This document shows, in pieces, positions 23,029 to 35,513 of a stretch of 64,000 nt of DNA. Source of the DNA: Epithemia pelagica (taxonomy: Eukaryota; Protista; Bacillariophyta); NCBI GenBank assembly GCA_946965045.2, contig OX337239.1, positions 1,922,001 to 1,986,000 on the forward strand. Direction: 5' to 3'. Below the pieces are notes generated by a model that was not told the DNA's origin, ran no database searches, and saw only the letters and a program-made list of their open reading frames with translations. Position 1 is the stretch's first letter, and each line of letters begins with the position of its first letter. The translations under genes were made by a program, and so were the position numbers.

Positions 23029-24131
23029 ATGGCTCGACGTCGGAGTAAGCGGAAGGCTACTGTGCTGGAGGGACTCCTGGAGGGAGGGAAACTGCGACGA
23101 TCGGCACGTAAGGAGAGCAAACGCATCCGTGATTCCAAGCTGTACGGCGATGACACCGGCATACTTCCTTCCGACTGATCCAAGGTGAAAGCCTCAGCAA
23201 TCCCAGGGCGGTAAGTTCCATCGTAGTGTTCACGACCCGAGGGTCATATCGCTGCGTCGAAATTCTCATTGGTGGAGGACGAGCTACGTGTGCTAACACT
23301 AGTGTCAAGTCATAGTTTGGGGTTTGAGAAAAAAACAAGAGTAACTATTGCATGAACTTGGTCTCAACGTTTTGCTGTTCCTCTTTTCGTTCCAACAGGG
23401 TACCTCTGGGATTTGTATGTGGCTTTCCATTGAATCAGGGAGAACTTTATGGTGGGAGTATGTTTGCCAGGTCTGCTGCTCCTGATACTCTACAGGGAAA
23501 GGCAATACAATCGGTCAATGAAAAATGGGGTGATATCATGCCTCGGAATAAGCGAGGACGTGAATCAATTGGAATGGCGGTGTGTAAGAAGAAGTACGCG
23601 CCATTTCGATTTTACTTGGAAGAGCAAAGGCCTTCATCGTCTACTGAACCAGACGGTTGTTCGACAAAATTACCAACCGTGCGGGTGGAACGAATGTTCG
23701 GTTGTCCTTGTCATCACGACCTGAGGAAGTCTCTTATCCAACAGTATGGAGAACGGCCAGGATGGGAACCTTTTGGGCAATGGTCTCTACGCAAAGCTGA
23801 GGACATTGCTAGGCGTGAGACTGCTCGTCTTCGAGCACAGAAAGCAAAATCAGACGAAGACGAACTAACAGATTGGGAGGAGTCGTCGAGTACTTCGCTG
23901 GTGAGCAGCAGTAGTAGTAGTGATGGGGGAACATCAAACAAGTACCTTTGTGAATTTGTGGCAGACAATAAGAGCCGATCCACGACTCTTTGTGTCAATG
24001 GCAATTGTTTGTGGAGAGTCCGATCGGCTTATGATGACGTCCAACAAGAACTAGTCGATCAACATGAACAAAGTCTTCTTGAACAAACAGATAGTCCGGA
24101 GGACGGAAATCTGAACAGCTCAGTGAGATAA
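23029..24131 (+). CDS. Hypothetical protein, probably two exons (acceptor at 23398)
   Basis: Basic N-terminal exon MARRRSKRK... and ORF to 24131. A phase-2 donor at 23142 (GTACGG) gives an intact frame; the donor at 23211 (GTAAGT) would retain an in-frame TGA. Confidence 0.45.
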
Positions 24132-24764
24132 TCCCTGGCATGCATGGCGACTTTCGATGGGGCCCGCAGTTTTGTAAAAGGCGAAGAGGATGAAACTATT
24201 GAATGGAACAACGTTTGGTTGGAATGGTTGTACCCGTGCCTCGCAACTGAATCATCTGTCTAGAATGACCTGTGGAACACACAAACAGTTTTCGAACTGA
24301 ATGTCATGCACAGTGAAAAATGATGGATCTTTTTCATTCTGATGTTTCTTCTTTCTTCCCTCTTGCTCAAGAAAAGGTTCTTATTAGGAGTATGACTCAT
24401 GTGTCTCTATATTACGCCAGAACACAGTATATGGCCCTTTGTTCTATGAAGATCGATCATATTGCAAGTAAGATTATTAAACTTTTGGGTCATTCTTCCT
24501 CAGGTATAAGACTTAGGAGCACTCTTAGGTGATCGAGGAAATGCGGTGGCCAAGGATGTCGATCTATCGCCATAGCAAGCATAGCGGAATTCAGAAAATC
24601 CGCGACCAGAATTCATGACAGACGTGCGACAACAGTGACAACCATCCGAGTCCGAGACCATGGGACGACCAAGAATCTTGATCTCTTAACACGACGAGAA
24701 CGGAACAGCATTATCTGCCCTGCTACTGTGCAAACCACAACAACAGAAAAGATCCATTCTTAGA

Positions 24765-26729
24765 ATGGATGTAGCCTGCTGGGGTCGACAATCAAGTTTT
24801 GATGGATTCAAAGTATTTGGATCGACTCTCAGGATGAGTCAACGATCAACGTTGATTTTGTTCTTATTGGCATACATTTGGCTGATTGACGGAACAGAAT
24901 CCAAATCGTTTGAATCCAAATCGTTTGAATCCAAATCGTTTGATTTGAGGCAGCCACATCTCGGACACACGTTCTCTAAATGCCCTCCGTCACGAAGAAG
25001 CGTGACCTCCTTTCCATATTGTATAAACAACAGAGATGGGCTCAGGTTACATCGACAAGCGGTTTATGTGGCAGGTTTAACTCGTGGAGGCGCATCTGCA
25101 GTTTCACAGACCTCAGATGCCAAGGCACCAATGTTTTCTCCACCTCAAAATGGCAAAGAATCTGGTTCTTCATCCACTGCAGCAGCTACTGGGACACATT
25201 CGTCCAACAGCGGGAGAACACCAGTTACTGGTTCGTCATCTTCACAGGAATTGCAAAAGCCAATATCACCAGTGTCCAGAAAGGCTCAAGATGCAACATC
25301 AATGGATGACAGCGCCAACTCCAAAGAGAATCCGCGCATCATGATGCTGATAAGAGTCTTGTTCTTGTTTTATTATGGTTCGTTGGGTAGCCTGATGCCT
25401 TTTCTTCCCGTGTACTACCATTCACTGGGACACGGCGGCCAGATCATTGGCATGTTGGGAGCGGTAAAGCCCTTTACCACCTTCTTAGTGGCGCCACTTT
25501 GGGGCGCCATTAGTGATCAAACCAACAATCCTTTCTTGATATTGCAGCTCACTTTTTTGGTCAGTTTGGTGGGACAGTTACTGGTAGGGGCCCGACACAA
25601 TACAGCTTACATCATGACCATGGTGTTTTTGACGGCACTCTTCAACGCTCCTGTGAAATCTTTGCTAGATTCCATGGCTATGGACCACATTTTTGATCGA
25701 TCCTCTTACGGCCGTTTACGACTTTGGGGACAGTTGGGCTTTGGATTGGGATCATCAATAGTGGGATATTTGCTGTCCAAAAGCAAACACCAATCGTGGT
25801 CAGATGCCTCATCATTCTCATTTTCCGAATCTTTTGAACAGGCATTGGGGGCATATCCTTTAATGCTACAAACCGCCTTTCGATTTGCCTCCAGATGTTG
25901 GAGATCCTTGTCAGGATACAAACTCTTGTTCTTGTCCTACGCTTCTCTGTCTGTTCCAACTTTAATTTGCATCAAAGCATTCCAAAGACTCGACCGTGAA
26001 AATGCAGCATCAAAGTCTGAGGAAGGAACGCCGACAGTCACTTCAGGGAGTTCCACGGGTAACGAAGATGATACAAGTGTGAAGCATGGACTTTCGTTGG
26101 TGTTCCGCAATGCCGATGCCATGATGTTCTTTTTTCTGGTGCTGGTAGTTGGAATCTCAAGCGGAGTTATCGAGAATTTTGCATACGTACGAATAAGAGA
26201 AGTTGGAGGAACCGGTACGGAGATGGGAATATCTCGTTTGGTGAGTTCCATGGCTGGAGCACCCATGTTTTGGTTTTCAGGTCCCTTGAGTTCTTGCCTG
26301 GGAGTGGATCGTGTATTGGCCATTTCCCTTTTGAGCTATGTGCTGCGCTTTGTCATCTATGCGTCCATGACAAAGGCCTTTCATGGCTTGCCGGCAGAAG
26401 CCTTGAGGGGTGTGACCTTTGCTGCCTTTTGGTCGTCCGCTACCATTTACGCACACAAGGTATCGCCCCCTGGATTGCATGCCACTATGCTCATGTTGGT
26501 CAATGCCATGTATGGCGGATTAGGACAATCTCTTGGTGCCATTATTGGTGGCAAGTTACAGCACCAGATGGGAACGGTCAAAGCATTTTGGTGGTCCGCT
26601 GCTGCGGACCTTGCCTTTGTAATTGCTCTGGTCATTTACTTGGGTCTGCGTTCCGAGTCGAGCTTTCGAAATCCAAGGCCGATCGGGGAACACATGGTGG
26701 GTGCAGACATGGTCGCAAAGTCAGCATAG
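24765..26729 (+). CDS. Major facilitator superfamily transporter (MFSD6-like)
   Basis: About 12 TM helices; LAPLWGAISD, SYGRLRLWGQLGFG, ENFAY, GLGQSLGAIIGG. Long S-rich N-terminal extension with a signal-like segment from Met at 24834. Confidence 0.9.
   Translation: MDVACWGRQSSFDGFKVFGSTLRMSQRSTLILFLLAYIWLIDGTESKSFESKSFESKSFDLRQPHLGHTFSKCPPSRRSVTSFPYCINNRDGLRLHRQAVYVAGLTRGGASAVSQTSDAKAPMFSPPQNGKESGSSSTAAATGTHSSNSGRTPVTGSSSSQELQKPISPVSRKAQDATSMDDSANSKENPRIMMLIRVLFLFYYGSLGSLMPFLPVYYHSLGHGGQIIGMLGAVKPFTTFLVAPLWGAISDQTNNPFLILQLTFLVSLVGQLLVGARHNTAYIMTMVFLTALFNAPVKSLLDSMAMDHIFDRSSYGRLRLWGQLGFGLGSSIVGYLLSKSKHQSWSDASSFSFSESFEQALGAYPLMLQTAFRFASRCWRSLSGYKLLFLSYASLSVPTLICIKAFQRLDRENAASKSEEGTPTVTSGSSTGNEDDTSVKHGLSLVFRNADAMMFFFLVLVVGISSGVIENFAYVRIREVGGTGTEMGISRLVSSMAGAPMFWFSGPLSSCLGVDRVLAISLLSYVLRFVIYASMTKAFHGLPAEALRGVTFAAFWSSATIYAHKVSPPGLHATMLMLVNAMYGGLGQSLGAIIGGKLQHQMGTVKAFWWSAAADLAFVIALVIYLGLRSESSFRNPRPIGEHMVGADMVAKSA
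24897..24941 (+). repeat. 15-bp tandem repeat x3 (GAATCCAAATCGTTT), coding ESKSF x3
   Basis: Three exact copies. Confidence 0.95.
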
Positions 26730-29700
26730 AGTTTCCAATCATGCGAGGGATCTCATCGTAAAGCAACTCTCTCATGGGTGGTTTTCAAAGGGATGACCGA
26801 CGAATTATCTGTTATGATTTGTAAATATAGAATTTGCTGTTTTGTAAAAGACGCTATCATGAGAGCGCTCCCTTTCACTAGGTAGCTGCGAGAATGAGCA
26901 GTGCAATTTGTCGCAAAGCTGCTCCTTGTCGTTGGTAACCATCCGGTTTGTTATTCAGCGTACGATTTTGGTGCAAATCGAACAGGCGAACGATTCTTCA
27001 TGCATGGCAAGAGTTTGCCATCATCATTCTATATTGCTCTTTTTCTGGTAAACGTCGGACACGGGTATTATTACATCGATCGAAGTTGGATTGTTGCTTC
27101 ATCGTCAACGGTCGATCTCTTTTACAAATGGTATCATTATTATCGCATCGAGCCAAACAAACAAAGTGACTGATCGACTCTGGCACGCAAAGTATGAACG
27201 ATCTGATATCTGATCTGCCGTATCGTAGGAAACCTGGTGGGATGATAGTTCAATCTTGAACCTGAGTATTTTGCCATGATCTTTACCCTTTGTCGAAAGG
27301 AATCAGGTGGGTCAAGTGCGGAAATCAAATGGTATAACAAGAAACTTCCTTAAGGAACAATGAGAGTAGCAAAGGCCACGAAAAAGGAAGTGCAAGGGAT
27401 ACCAAGCAAGTACCAGGTCTCTCCATGTGAACCAAGGAGTGAAGATGTCGAATATCTAAGGCCCCATGCCCCATGTATTCGTATGACCTTAAGAAAACGA
27501 GATCATTGGCTCTAATTCAGATCTGAGGCTCAGGTTTTGTATTGGGTTTTGTGTTCACGCAAGTGCTAGCACACCATCCTTTATGTGTATTGTCTATGGA
27601 CGACATCATCATGGTCAATGCGCACCGCATGGCAAAAAAATGATCGACGTGTGATGTGTGATTCGCGATTGGATGATGTTGGGGGCAAGGCCCATGACGC
27701 AAGATGGGGGAAGAAGAAATGTCAGTGGAGATGTACTGTACATAATACCATAGATATATTTTCTACTCCCAACGCTCCAACACCCACGCGGAGTTGTATT
27801 GAAATTGATTTTTTTATATTGACTGGAAAGTACATCTCCAGAGACCCTCACCCCTCACACTCCGTCCATGACATGTAGCAAGCGAACATCCAACCCACCA
27901 GCGATTCACTTTGAGATAATGTATGAATCGTTCTCGAAACATTCGCCATTAAATCCCCTCCATATTGGTGAGGCGGCCAGACCAAAGTTGGTCGCGTGTC
28001 CTGGACACGTGCTAGGGAGAGCTTGCTCTCAAACAGGGTGGCTTTGCCAGCTCTCCAACTGCCAGCAAGCGGCCCTGCGTGGATGACGGTTGGTTGTTTC
28101 ATAATGCCGGACAAGCACACAACACACAATCCTTTTCTCTTGCCAAAGCACATCCTATTAATGGCATTCCAGGTGAGCTCAATCCATTGCAGATTGCCAT
28201 GACAATTACATTGCTCATGCTCATGCTCACTCACACTTGTCACTTTTGCTTGCTCTGCTCATTGGACGAGAGTCTGCTCATCTGCTGTGTCTCTGGCTCA
28301 GCAGCTCATTACTTGCCATTGTTCATTTCTGTCGAAATGAGACCCATAACTTTTGTTGCATTTATCCACAGACTATAAACCTTCTTTTCTTTCCTAGAAA
28401 TAGAACTCAAGTGCTAGCCATCCAAGAGTTTAGTGCGTTTTGTATTCGTGTTGTACATCTGTTTTTTGTTTGGAGCACGTCAATGACCCTCAGTCTCACC
28501 ATGAACACATGACAGAGCAGCTCTTACACGCTTGTACAGCTACAAATTGAATCAATCTAGGAGCTGATAATTGGAGGTAGGGTGTGGCAAGAACAAGATG
28601 GAGCCATCTACTTGAAGCAAAAACAACAAAATGTTCGGTCGTTGAGAAATGATTGAGAATGATGCTATGAATAGTGAATCATCTATCCTACAGAAGACAT
28701 GAAAGTAACAGACCAGCCAACAATCAAACAAGAAAAGAATTACAAGAAGGGGAAAGGAAAAGATATTCCACTTGACCACAAGCAGCTTATACCTATTCTA
28801 TTCGTACAACATGAGACAAAACCAGAGGAGCATGCATGAACAAAAGGAAAGATTGCAGCAGTGATGAGTAGGAAGAAAGAAAAGGAGACAACAAGATTAG
28901 AAATAAGCAGCAGTAGTGAGAAGTTAGAAGTGATTCAGCCCAGCATGATCCGTCCATGGTTCTTACCTCACGTCATGGTCAAGCATTTTGGGTTTTGTGA
29001 CAGACGAAAACGAGAGGGTTGTCCAAATTTATGAGCATTCGTCTCAAACAAGAAACCACTGGACGCAAGCCGACCTTGAAGCAACGGTCGGTGTTGGCAA
29101 TTAGAGATACTTAGAGCTTTCTGGAGCAGTGGCGGGCGACATTGAAAAAAGGATAGGGTTGGGGATTTGTCTGGCCGCCTCACCAATATGGAGGGGATTT
29201 AATGGCGAATGTCTGCGGTACTCAGGCTGCTATGTGACATCGAATCCGGTACTCGATGCGAAAAACCAAGTTCGACAATTCCTACTTGTACGTAGTACAG
29301 CGTAGTACAGTCTTCCCTCGATTTCGCCCACGCAACCGATCTACAACCGACCCGGCACAAGCCGAGCAATCCCGATAAGTAGAATGTGCGCCCTCTTTTC
29401 TCTTTCCTTCGTGAATGAAGGGGAGTATAGATGATAGTGTGTCTGCGTGTTGGCCTCTTTTTTAGGTCCGTCCTCGCGCACGAACTAGCCGGGTCAGGAG
29501 AAGCCTATTTTTCTCTATTATTTTTTACGCTGTTTTCCTCTGCGTCGTCGTGGTCTCCTCAAGTCCCAAGTCCCATTCTTGTCATTAGCAACTCACCAAC
29601 ACACTTTGTCCATCACACTACGGCCCTTTGCCGTGTCTGTCTCTCGGAAAAGAGCTGTGTGTCATTGCAAACGATTTTGTAAGGGATCAAAAGCTCCCTT

Positions 29701-29761
29701 TCAACAAGAGCTTTGTTTCAACCAGTTGTCGGATCATCCATCCGTTTCATCAGTCTCCTGA

Positions 29762-32700
29762 ATGCAGCGTCTCAGGGTAAGAAGGCACATGGGACCTGAT
29801 CCAACATTTGCCTCCTCAGCATCAGGAGACGAAGAAGACGTTGGCACGGATGGGGATTCCCTGAGTCATGGTGGTGATGGAATCTTCAAAGCGCAGGAAG
29901 CTATCGATGCAGACTCGGCGTCCCTGAACAATCTGTCGGACGATGGGTTGCACGTGGCGGTTGCGGACATGAACGAACCCTCACTTCCTACAGAGTCGCT
30001 GGATGTGTCTGTGGATGGTTTGTTTCGCGATGCGATTGATAGTGGTCATCTTTCGGGTGTTTTTCGAGAAGAGTCTTTTGATCTACATGAACCGGTAGAT
30101 GACATGGCCAAAGAGGACGATGATCAGGTGATTCAACATCCACCCGGTGATGGGCTGTACAAGCTCAAAGATAAAGGATCGAAAGCGTCACGGTCACCAA
30201 AGCATCCAAATGTACAGGTCAATGTATCAGCCACTGCCGAAGTTAATCTTCCTTCTCCCGATGGTGTGTACAAGGCCGAAGGGAAGGAAGCCCTCCAATA
30301 CATTCAATCCGAAATGCGGAAAAACAAAGCCATGGACTACAAATCAGACTTTCTGGACGGTCCACCCCGACCGTCTCGCATATCAAGAAGCATAAGTACT
30401 GACAGCAGCACTGCAGCCCCCAACGAATCCAAACGGTACCATCGAAGCACTAGTAGTTGTAGCAGCACTGCTCCCTTGCGAGGCTATCGGCGCAGCACCA
30501 GTAGCTGCAGTAGCAGCACTGTTGGGCGGAACAACAAGAGCGGTCGAAGTCGATCGTTTCGAAGTAGCTTTAAGAGAAGAAGCCAAGCCACATCGTCTAC
30601 CGCTGGTGTTTTAACCTCATTTGCAATCACCACAGTCAAACCAGCACCACCTCCTGTCTACCAACAGTACATTCATGATCGCGTTCATGGACATTCCTTT
30701 GTTCCAAGATTTGAACGAGAGGCTTTGAAAGCGAACAAGAACAGGAGGCCTAAGAAAAACGGAAAGGATGAAAAAAAGCCAGAACGAGAAAGCATGAGCA
30801 GCAGCAGTGCTGGGTTGGGAATTGATGAGAGTGAAATCGAGGATCCTGAAAAGCTTTTTGACTTTGTGTCCGATGCCTTCATGTTCAATGGAGATAATGT
30901 GAGTGGTGTCTTTCGCAGTATCCAAAGTTATGCGGACAGTGATCGTCCGGACAATTTAGAAGAAGAGGAAGATCCGATCGATTGCAAAAATCGACCACCA
31001 CATTTCTTATGTTACCTTCCGCCCTGTGTGGCTAGATGGCCGGGTGTCCTGGAACAAAATCGGTTCTGTGAAGCCGTGGGTAGAATTGGATTACACGATG
31101 TCTTCAAAAATCAACGAATAGCCCGTCGCCGCATCTTTGCCGTTGGTTTTACCTTCAACCTGCTTGCCTTGATCTTGATGGTGGCAGCCTCCATGGCGTT
31201 TTCTCGGGATTATCGCATTTTGAACCACACAAGTTTTGCCCAGGGTGTGGCATCGATTCCAAATCACCCACCGTTTTTGGTCAAGACGGGTGAAACTAAA
31301 GTTGCCACCCTGTACATGGGGTTTCGAGCTCTCACCAGCAACGACGGCATTTTAGTGAATCCCAACTCGGTCCTGTTCACGACCTTTTGTCGAGGACATG
31401 GACTCACGAGTGTTAGTCGAAGCGGCGGTGGTGACTCAGGAGAGGAACCCATGACACAAGAAGACGCCTTCAAGGAAGCCCTGGCTCCTGAAATTTGTGG
31501 TTCTTGTTCGCAAAGTTCACAGGGATTCGTTATATCCATTGTGTTCAACTTTATCTTTATCATCAAGAACATGTTCTCAGATATCACCCGCATGTACCCA
31601 AAATATGATCTCAATTGTCCCAACTTTGCTGGTAGTCTCATGGCGACGCTTTCAGTATTTTTGGGCTTGTACACTATTCTGGCCTACCGAAGTCGTTGCT
31701 TCACATCATTGACCAAGGACCTCAGTGACTTTGGGATTATCACATCCGATGGTGGTAATACAACGTTATCGTTTGCCAATTCCACTCTTTTCCTAATCCC
31801 AGACCACTTGCGCCAAAACTGGGAGGGATACGAATCCGAAATGAATGTTAATTTAGAATGGGAGGCTGGACCGGGTCTGTGGTGCATGTGGATCGCAACA
31901 GGTTTGAAAATCGTGGACGCAATCTGTAACTTTATCGTTCCAACGCCCTCCATTACACGGGATTATCAACGCCGTGAAGACTACGAGTATGAATTTGGTG
32001 ATCCGGGCAAGTTCATTGACATTGAAGACGATGAAGATGATTTGGAGGATATCGATTTGGAACAACCCGGTGATGACGAGACAGCCAAGAAGCGCAGTAA
32101 ACTGGAGAACAGCGAGATTGTGTTTGCGGAATTTGTTGGCACTCGGCCTGAGGACAGTTCTGCCAAGTGGAAGAATCAAGACAATGACTCACCGAAATGG
32201 GTGTACGAAGGAGAGCCTCCGGATCCGGTTTTGGTGGCGCACATGCGTGAGCAAATGAATCGTCATGTTCATGATGAGCCTTTGGACCGCAAAATCGGGG
32301 ATAAAGCAAACAACACACGCCCATATTTCGTACAGATGCCATCCGATTTATCAGACGAACCACAAGATAAAGTGGATACATCCCGCCAGGAGTCATCATA
32401 CCAAAGACAGCCGCCCTCATTTCTGCAACTGGACTCGGATCTGTCGGATGAGCCGCGAGACAGGCGTCGAGGTCGAACGTTACAACCAGTTGAGGAAGCA
32501 TCGAGTGAGTTCTCGGAGCTGCGTCACCGAGATTCGGATCTTTCGGACATTCCGGAAGATCAAATGAGACGGACTCTTGCTGCTCAACACTTTCCAGAGA
32601 ATCAATTCGATCATCCGTTTCCTACAGTTGACACAGACGCTGTGTCGTTGACATCCGAGGACGGTCATGATCTGGAACTGGATTCAAATCATGAACCCGT

Positions 32701-32890
32701 GGTCAATCATGCACTGAGCCATCAGTCTCATCCCAGAGAACGTGACCATCACGACAGAGAGGACTTCCATGGGCGAGAGGAATCTGGTGAAGTCGATGAT
32801 AATGACTCCAGCGATGACGCCACATCTACGGATCCCCAGCTTTCTCGCCCACAAATGAAACGAAGCAACACGACACTCAGTCTTACTTGA
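29762..32890 (+). CDS. Hypothetical 4-TM membrane protein (1042 aa) with long disordered acidic termini
   Basis: Single long ORF with four hydrophobic segments, Cys in the first loop, and WEAGPGLWC before TM4 (claudin-like topology). Confidence 0.8.
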   Translation: MQRLRVRRHMGPDPTFASSASGDEEDVGTDGDSLSHGGDGIFKAQEAIDADSASLNNLSDDGLHVAVADMNEPSLPTESLDVSVDGLFRDAIDSGHLSGVFREESFDLHEPVDDMAKEDDDQVIQHPPGDGLYKLKDKGSKASRSPKHPNVQVNVSATAEVNLPSPDGVYKAEGKEALQYIQSEMRKNKAMDYKSDFLDGPPRPSRISRSISTDSSTAAPNESKRYHRSTSSCSSTAPLRGYRRSTSSCSSSTVGRNNKSGRSRSFRSSFKRRSQATSSTAGVLTSFAITTVKPAPPPVYQQYIHDRVHGHSFVPRFEREALKANKNRRPKKNGKDEKKPERESMSSSSAGLGIDESEIEDPEKLFDFVSDAFMFNGDNVSGVFRSIQSYADSDRPDNLEEEEDPIDCKNRPPHFLCYLPPCVARWPGVLEQNRFCEAVGRIGLHDVFKNQRIARRRIFAVGFTFNLLALILMVAASMAFSRDYRILNHTSFAQGVASIPNHPPFLVKTGETKVATLYMGFRALTSNDGILVNPNSVLFTTFCRGHGLTSVSRSGGGDSGEEPMTQEDAFKEALAPEICGSCSQSSQGFVISIVFNFIFIIKNMFSDITRMYPKYDLNCPNFAGSLMATLSVFLGLYTILAYRSRCFTSLTKDLSDFGIITSDGGNTTLSFANSTLFLIPDHLRQNWEGYESEMNVNLEWEAGPGLWCMWIATGLKIVDAICNFIVPTPSITRDYQRREDYEYEFGDPGKFIDIEDDEDDLEDIDLEQPGDDETAKKRSKLENSEIVFAEFVGTRPEDSSAKWKNQDNDSPKWVYEGEPPDPVLVAHMREQMNRHVHDEPLDRKIGDKANNTRPYFVQMPSDLSDEPQDKVDTSRQESSYQRQPPSFLQLDSDLSDEPRDRRRGRTLQPVEEASSEFSELRHRDSDLSDIPEDQMRRTLAAQHFPENQFDHPFPTVDTDAVSLTSEDGHDLELDSNHEPVVNHALSHQSHPRERDHHDREDFHGREESGEVDDNDSSDDATSTDPQLSRPQMKRSNTTLSLT

Positions 32891-33408
32891 AGAACGTTGA
32901 TTAGCAAGGTGAAACAATCGAGAGGAGCATTACATGGCCATGTGGCATGTCTCCGTTAGACATGTAGCGTGTGACGATGTCCATGGAATGAAATGGGCTT
33001 CGAGGAAACGCTGCCAAGGTCATTTAAAGAACTTCATAGAGACAGCTGATCAACTTGAGTTTTGCCCTGTAATTGTTGTCGTATGAAGTGCTTGTCCTTG
33101 TTGACCGGTCCACTTTTCACTAGGAGTAACATGTTTTCTCTGTAGAACATGGTTGATGTAACATGTTGCCCTAAAGTTGTGATTTTGAATGAATCAAGCC
33201 ACTGGATGTTGAAGCTAAAAGAGTTGGTATTGATTGTCATCGGCAAAAGGTCCTCCATTTTCCATATTTTCACCTATGGTGGCGAGAGCGGGATAGGACT
33301 ACTGTCTCTACAATACCACAGTATACATATACATAGCTGCGTCTTGCAGTCTGTCCAACCAACACTTTTGCTCTCCTGTCTCCTCTGTTCCACAATTCTA
33401 AGGTTACC

Positions 33409-34572
33409 ATGGGGACGATACCGAAACACCACGAAGGTAACAATGATACCAAGAGTAACAACGATGAGAACAACATGAAAGAATGGAGTGCTCTGATGGA
33501 TCAAATTGCGGTTAGCTTGGACTCCAAGGAATACGTTCAGCGATTTTGGAGAGAAGGAACACGTCCCGACGGTCGATTGTTTGCACAGACTCGGCCAACC
33601 TCGGTCCAATTGGGACCGCTACAAACGAGATATCCAGGAACTTCACTGTCAAACGACAGTGTAGTGGGATCATCGATGGTGGCATTGGGAGAGACTCGAG
33701 TTCTTGGTGGTGTCACCTTGGCGGTGGGGCAACAAGCGACGGCGGACCAAATGTCATCTTCATCTTCGACCAGCAGTTCTGTCATGCCAACGTGTCGAGG
33801 AGATGTCCTTGTTACACTATCACCACCTTGTGGAATCAATGATTCTCTCTTACAGCAACAATGGATTCCTATTCAAAATTATATACAAAGGATTCTGGAT
33901 GAAACATTGAATCTAGAACAATTGTCCTTGGAATCTTTGATGCCAAACTCAGTGGCCACTACGTCATCTTCCTCGTCTGCTGCTTCTTCTTCCAAGACAA
34001 AGATTTCCATGATGGCACTAAGGTTGAACGTAGCATTACAAGTTTTGAATCACGATGGAAATATATGGGATGCCGCCTTGTTAGCCAGCATAGCGGCACT
34101 CCACAACACAACGCTTCCCGACGAGAATGGGCTGTTGATGGATGACAATGGGCAAGTTTGGTTTCGAGAAGTACCAAACACAGAGTTCAAGAGGGGTTGC
34201 CCTTTCCAATTGCCCATTCTTCCCATTCCCCTGACTTTGGGTATGTGGGTAAATCATCACAGGGAGGAGAACGACAACCAGAAAGATGGTGGTATCGACT
34301 TGACCGGTCACCACTGGATTACGGATCCAACCTTGATGGAAGAAGAATCGGGACATCTAAATTCTGCCTTGACGGTCGTGGTGGATGCCGCTGCTGGAGG
34401 ACAAGAGGAATCGTCGGTGATTACACCGTCCATCTTGTCCTTGGAGTATTCGGGCACTGCGTCGATCGCTGTCGAAGACGATTTGCTTGTGGCGTTGCAC
34501 ATGGCATCAGCACGGGCCCAAGAAATGTGCAAGCTTCTTCGTTCTGGAAAAGTCGCAACAAGCTCAAAATAA
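33409..34572 (+). CDS. EXOSC8: Exosome complex component RRP43 (RNase PH-like)
   Basis: GTRPDGRLFAQTRP, GSSMVALGETRVLGGV, VLNHDGNIWDAALLASIAALHNTTLP, DPTLMEE. Confidence 0.8.
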   Translation: MGTIPKHHEGNNDTKSNNDENNMKEWSALMDQIAVSLDSKEYVQRFWREGTRPDGRLFAQTRPTSVQLGPLQTRYPGTSLSNDSVVGSSMVALGETRVLGGVTLAVGQQATADQMSSSSSTSSSVMPTCRGDVLVTLSPPCGINDSLLQQQWIPIQNYIQRILDETLNLEQLSLESLMPNSVATTSSSSSAASSSKTKISMMALRLNVALQVLNHDGNIWDAALLASIAALHNTTLPDENGLLMDDNGQVWFREVPNTEFKRGCPFQLPILPIPLTLGMWVNHHREENDNQKDGGIDLTGHHWITDPTLMEEESGHLNSALTVVVDAAAGGQEESSVITPSILSLEYSGTASIAVEDDLLVALHMASARAQEMCKLLRSGKVATSSK

Positions 34573-35513
34573 GTGTAATGGCGCTGGAAACTCAGTAATG
34601 CTTGGTCGCAGACACGAATTACATTGACTAAATGAGAACGAATACTGCTGTCTGTTTCCAGTTGCAACAGAGTGAAATTACGCCACCAGGATTTCTGGCA
34701 AGTGATGGAATGCCATGCTGATTCTTTATCTGTTAGTCCGTCGTCGTTGTCGACCTTGGGGTCGACAATGAGATTGAGACTCGTTTCGAACAAACAAAGG
34801 CACAAGAGGCATCACAAAGATTGGATTGGATTAGAGGTACCCCCTTCCACTCAAAACAAAGCATTGTGGCTTTTCAATGTCCGGGCACAATTGTAACTCT
34901 CTTGGGTCTTGGCTAGATTTGCAAACAACTTTGTGTCTATCCTTTTTTGCCTTTGTATTCAATGTTCCTTTTTCTTTTTCAACTAGAGACGGCAATGTGT
35001 TTGAACGTGAGTAGTTCATTGTCTGGAGTACCTAGGAGTACCGCCATGGAGAATAGTAAAAGGACAAAGGGTAGGGTTAGGAATATAGTGTTCGGCATGC
35101 GCGAAATGATTCGGAAGTGGGGGAGAGATGGGGGACAGGAGCCGACGGTTTTGTGCGTCTGTCCCAACCAACAAAAGAATTTCCACTTTTTCAGAAAACG
35201 AAAAATCTTTCGCTGACTCAAAAATCCATGTCGCACGGTCACGCACTTCTTTCTCTCTTTTCGCTTTGAAGTGTGTGCGGTGGCAAAGGCAACCTCAACT
35301 TTGGAGTACTTGTTGAATAAGAGAAATCGCATGCAAGAGCAAAGAGCACAATCGCAAAGAATAATTACAGGTTCAGAGACTGTTCGGATCGCTCATCCTG
35401 TTGCAACGACAAGCTCAGTACCCTTGAACGAAGACATCCATAGCTCAGTACCAAGCGGAAAGAGGTCATTGACAACGAGCCCATCCATTCGAACAGACAA
35501 AATATTCATCAGA

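Noticed and set aside
23176-23178. TGA as selenocysteine
   Set aside because: No redox-type context (no CxxU or UxxC), no SECIS recognised, and an alternative donor removes it.
24897-24941. Short direct repeats as a CRISPR-like array
   Set aside because: Contiguous 15-bp coding repeats without spacers; no CRISPR array or cas gene in the window.
26900-29400. Many 60-130 aa ORFs in a long non-coding stretch
   Set aside because: No motifs, no codon pattern and no convincing splice models; treated as intergenic.
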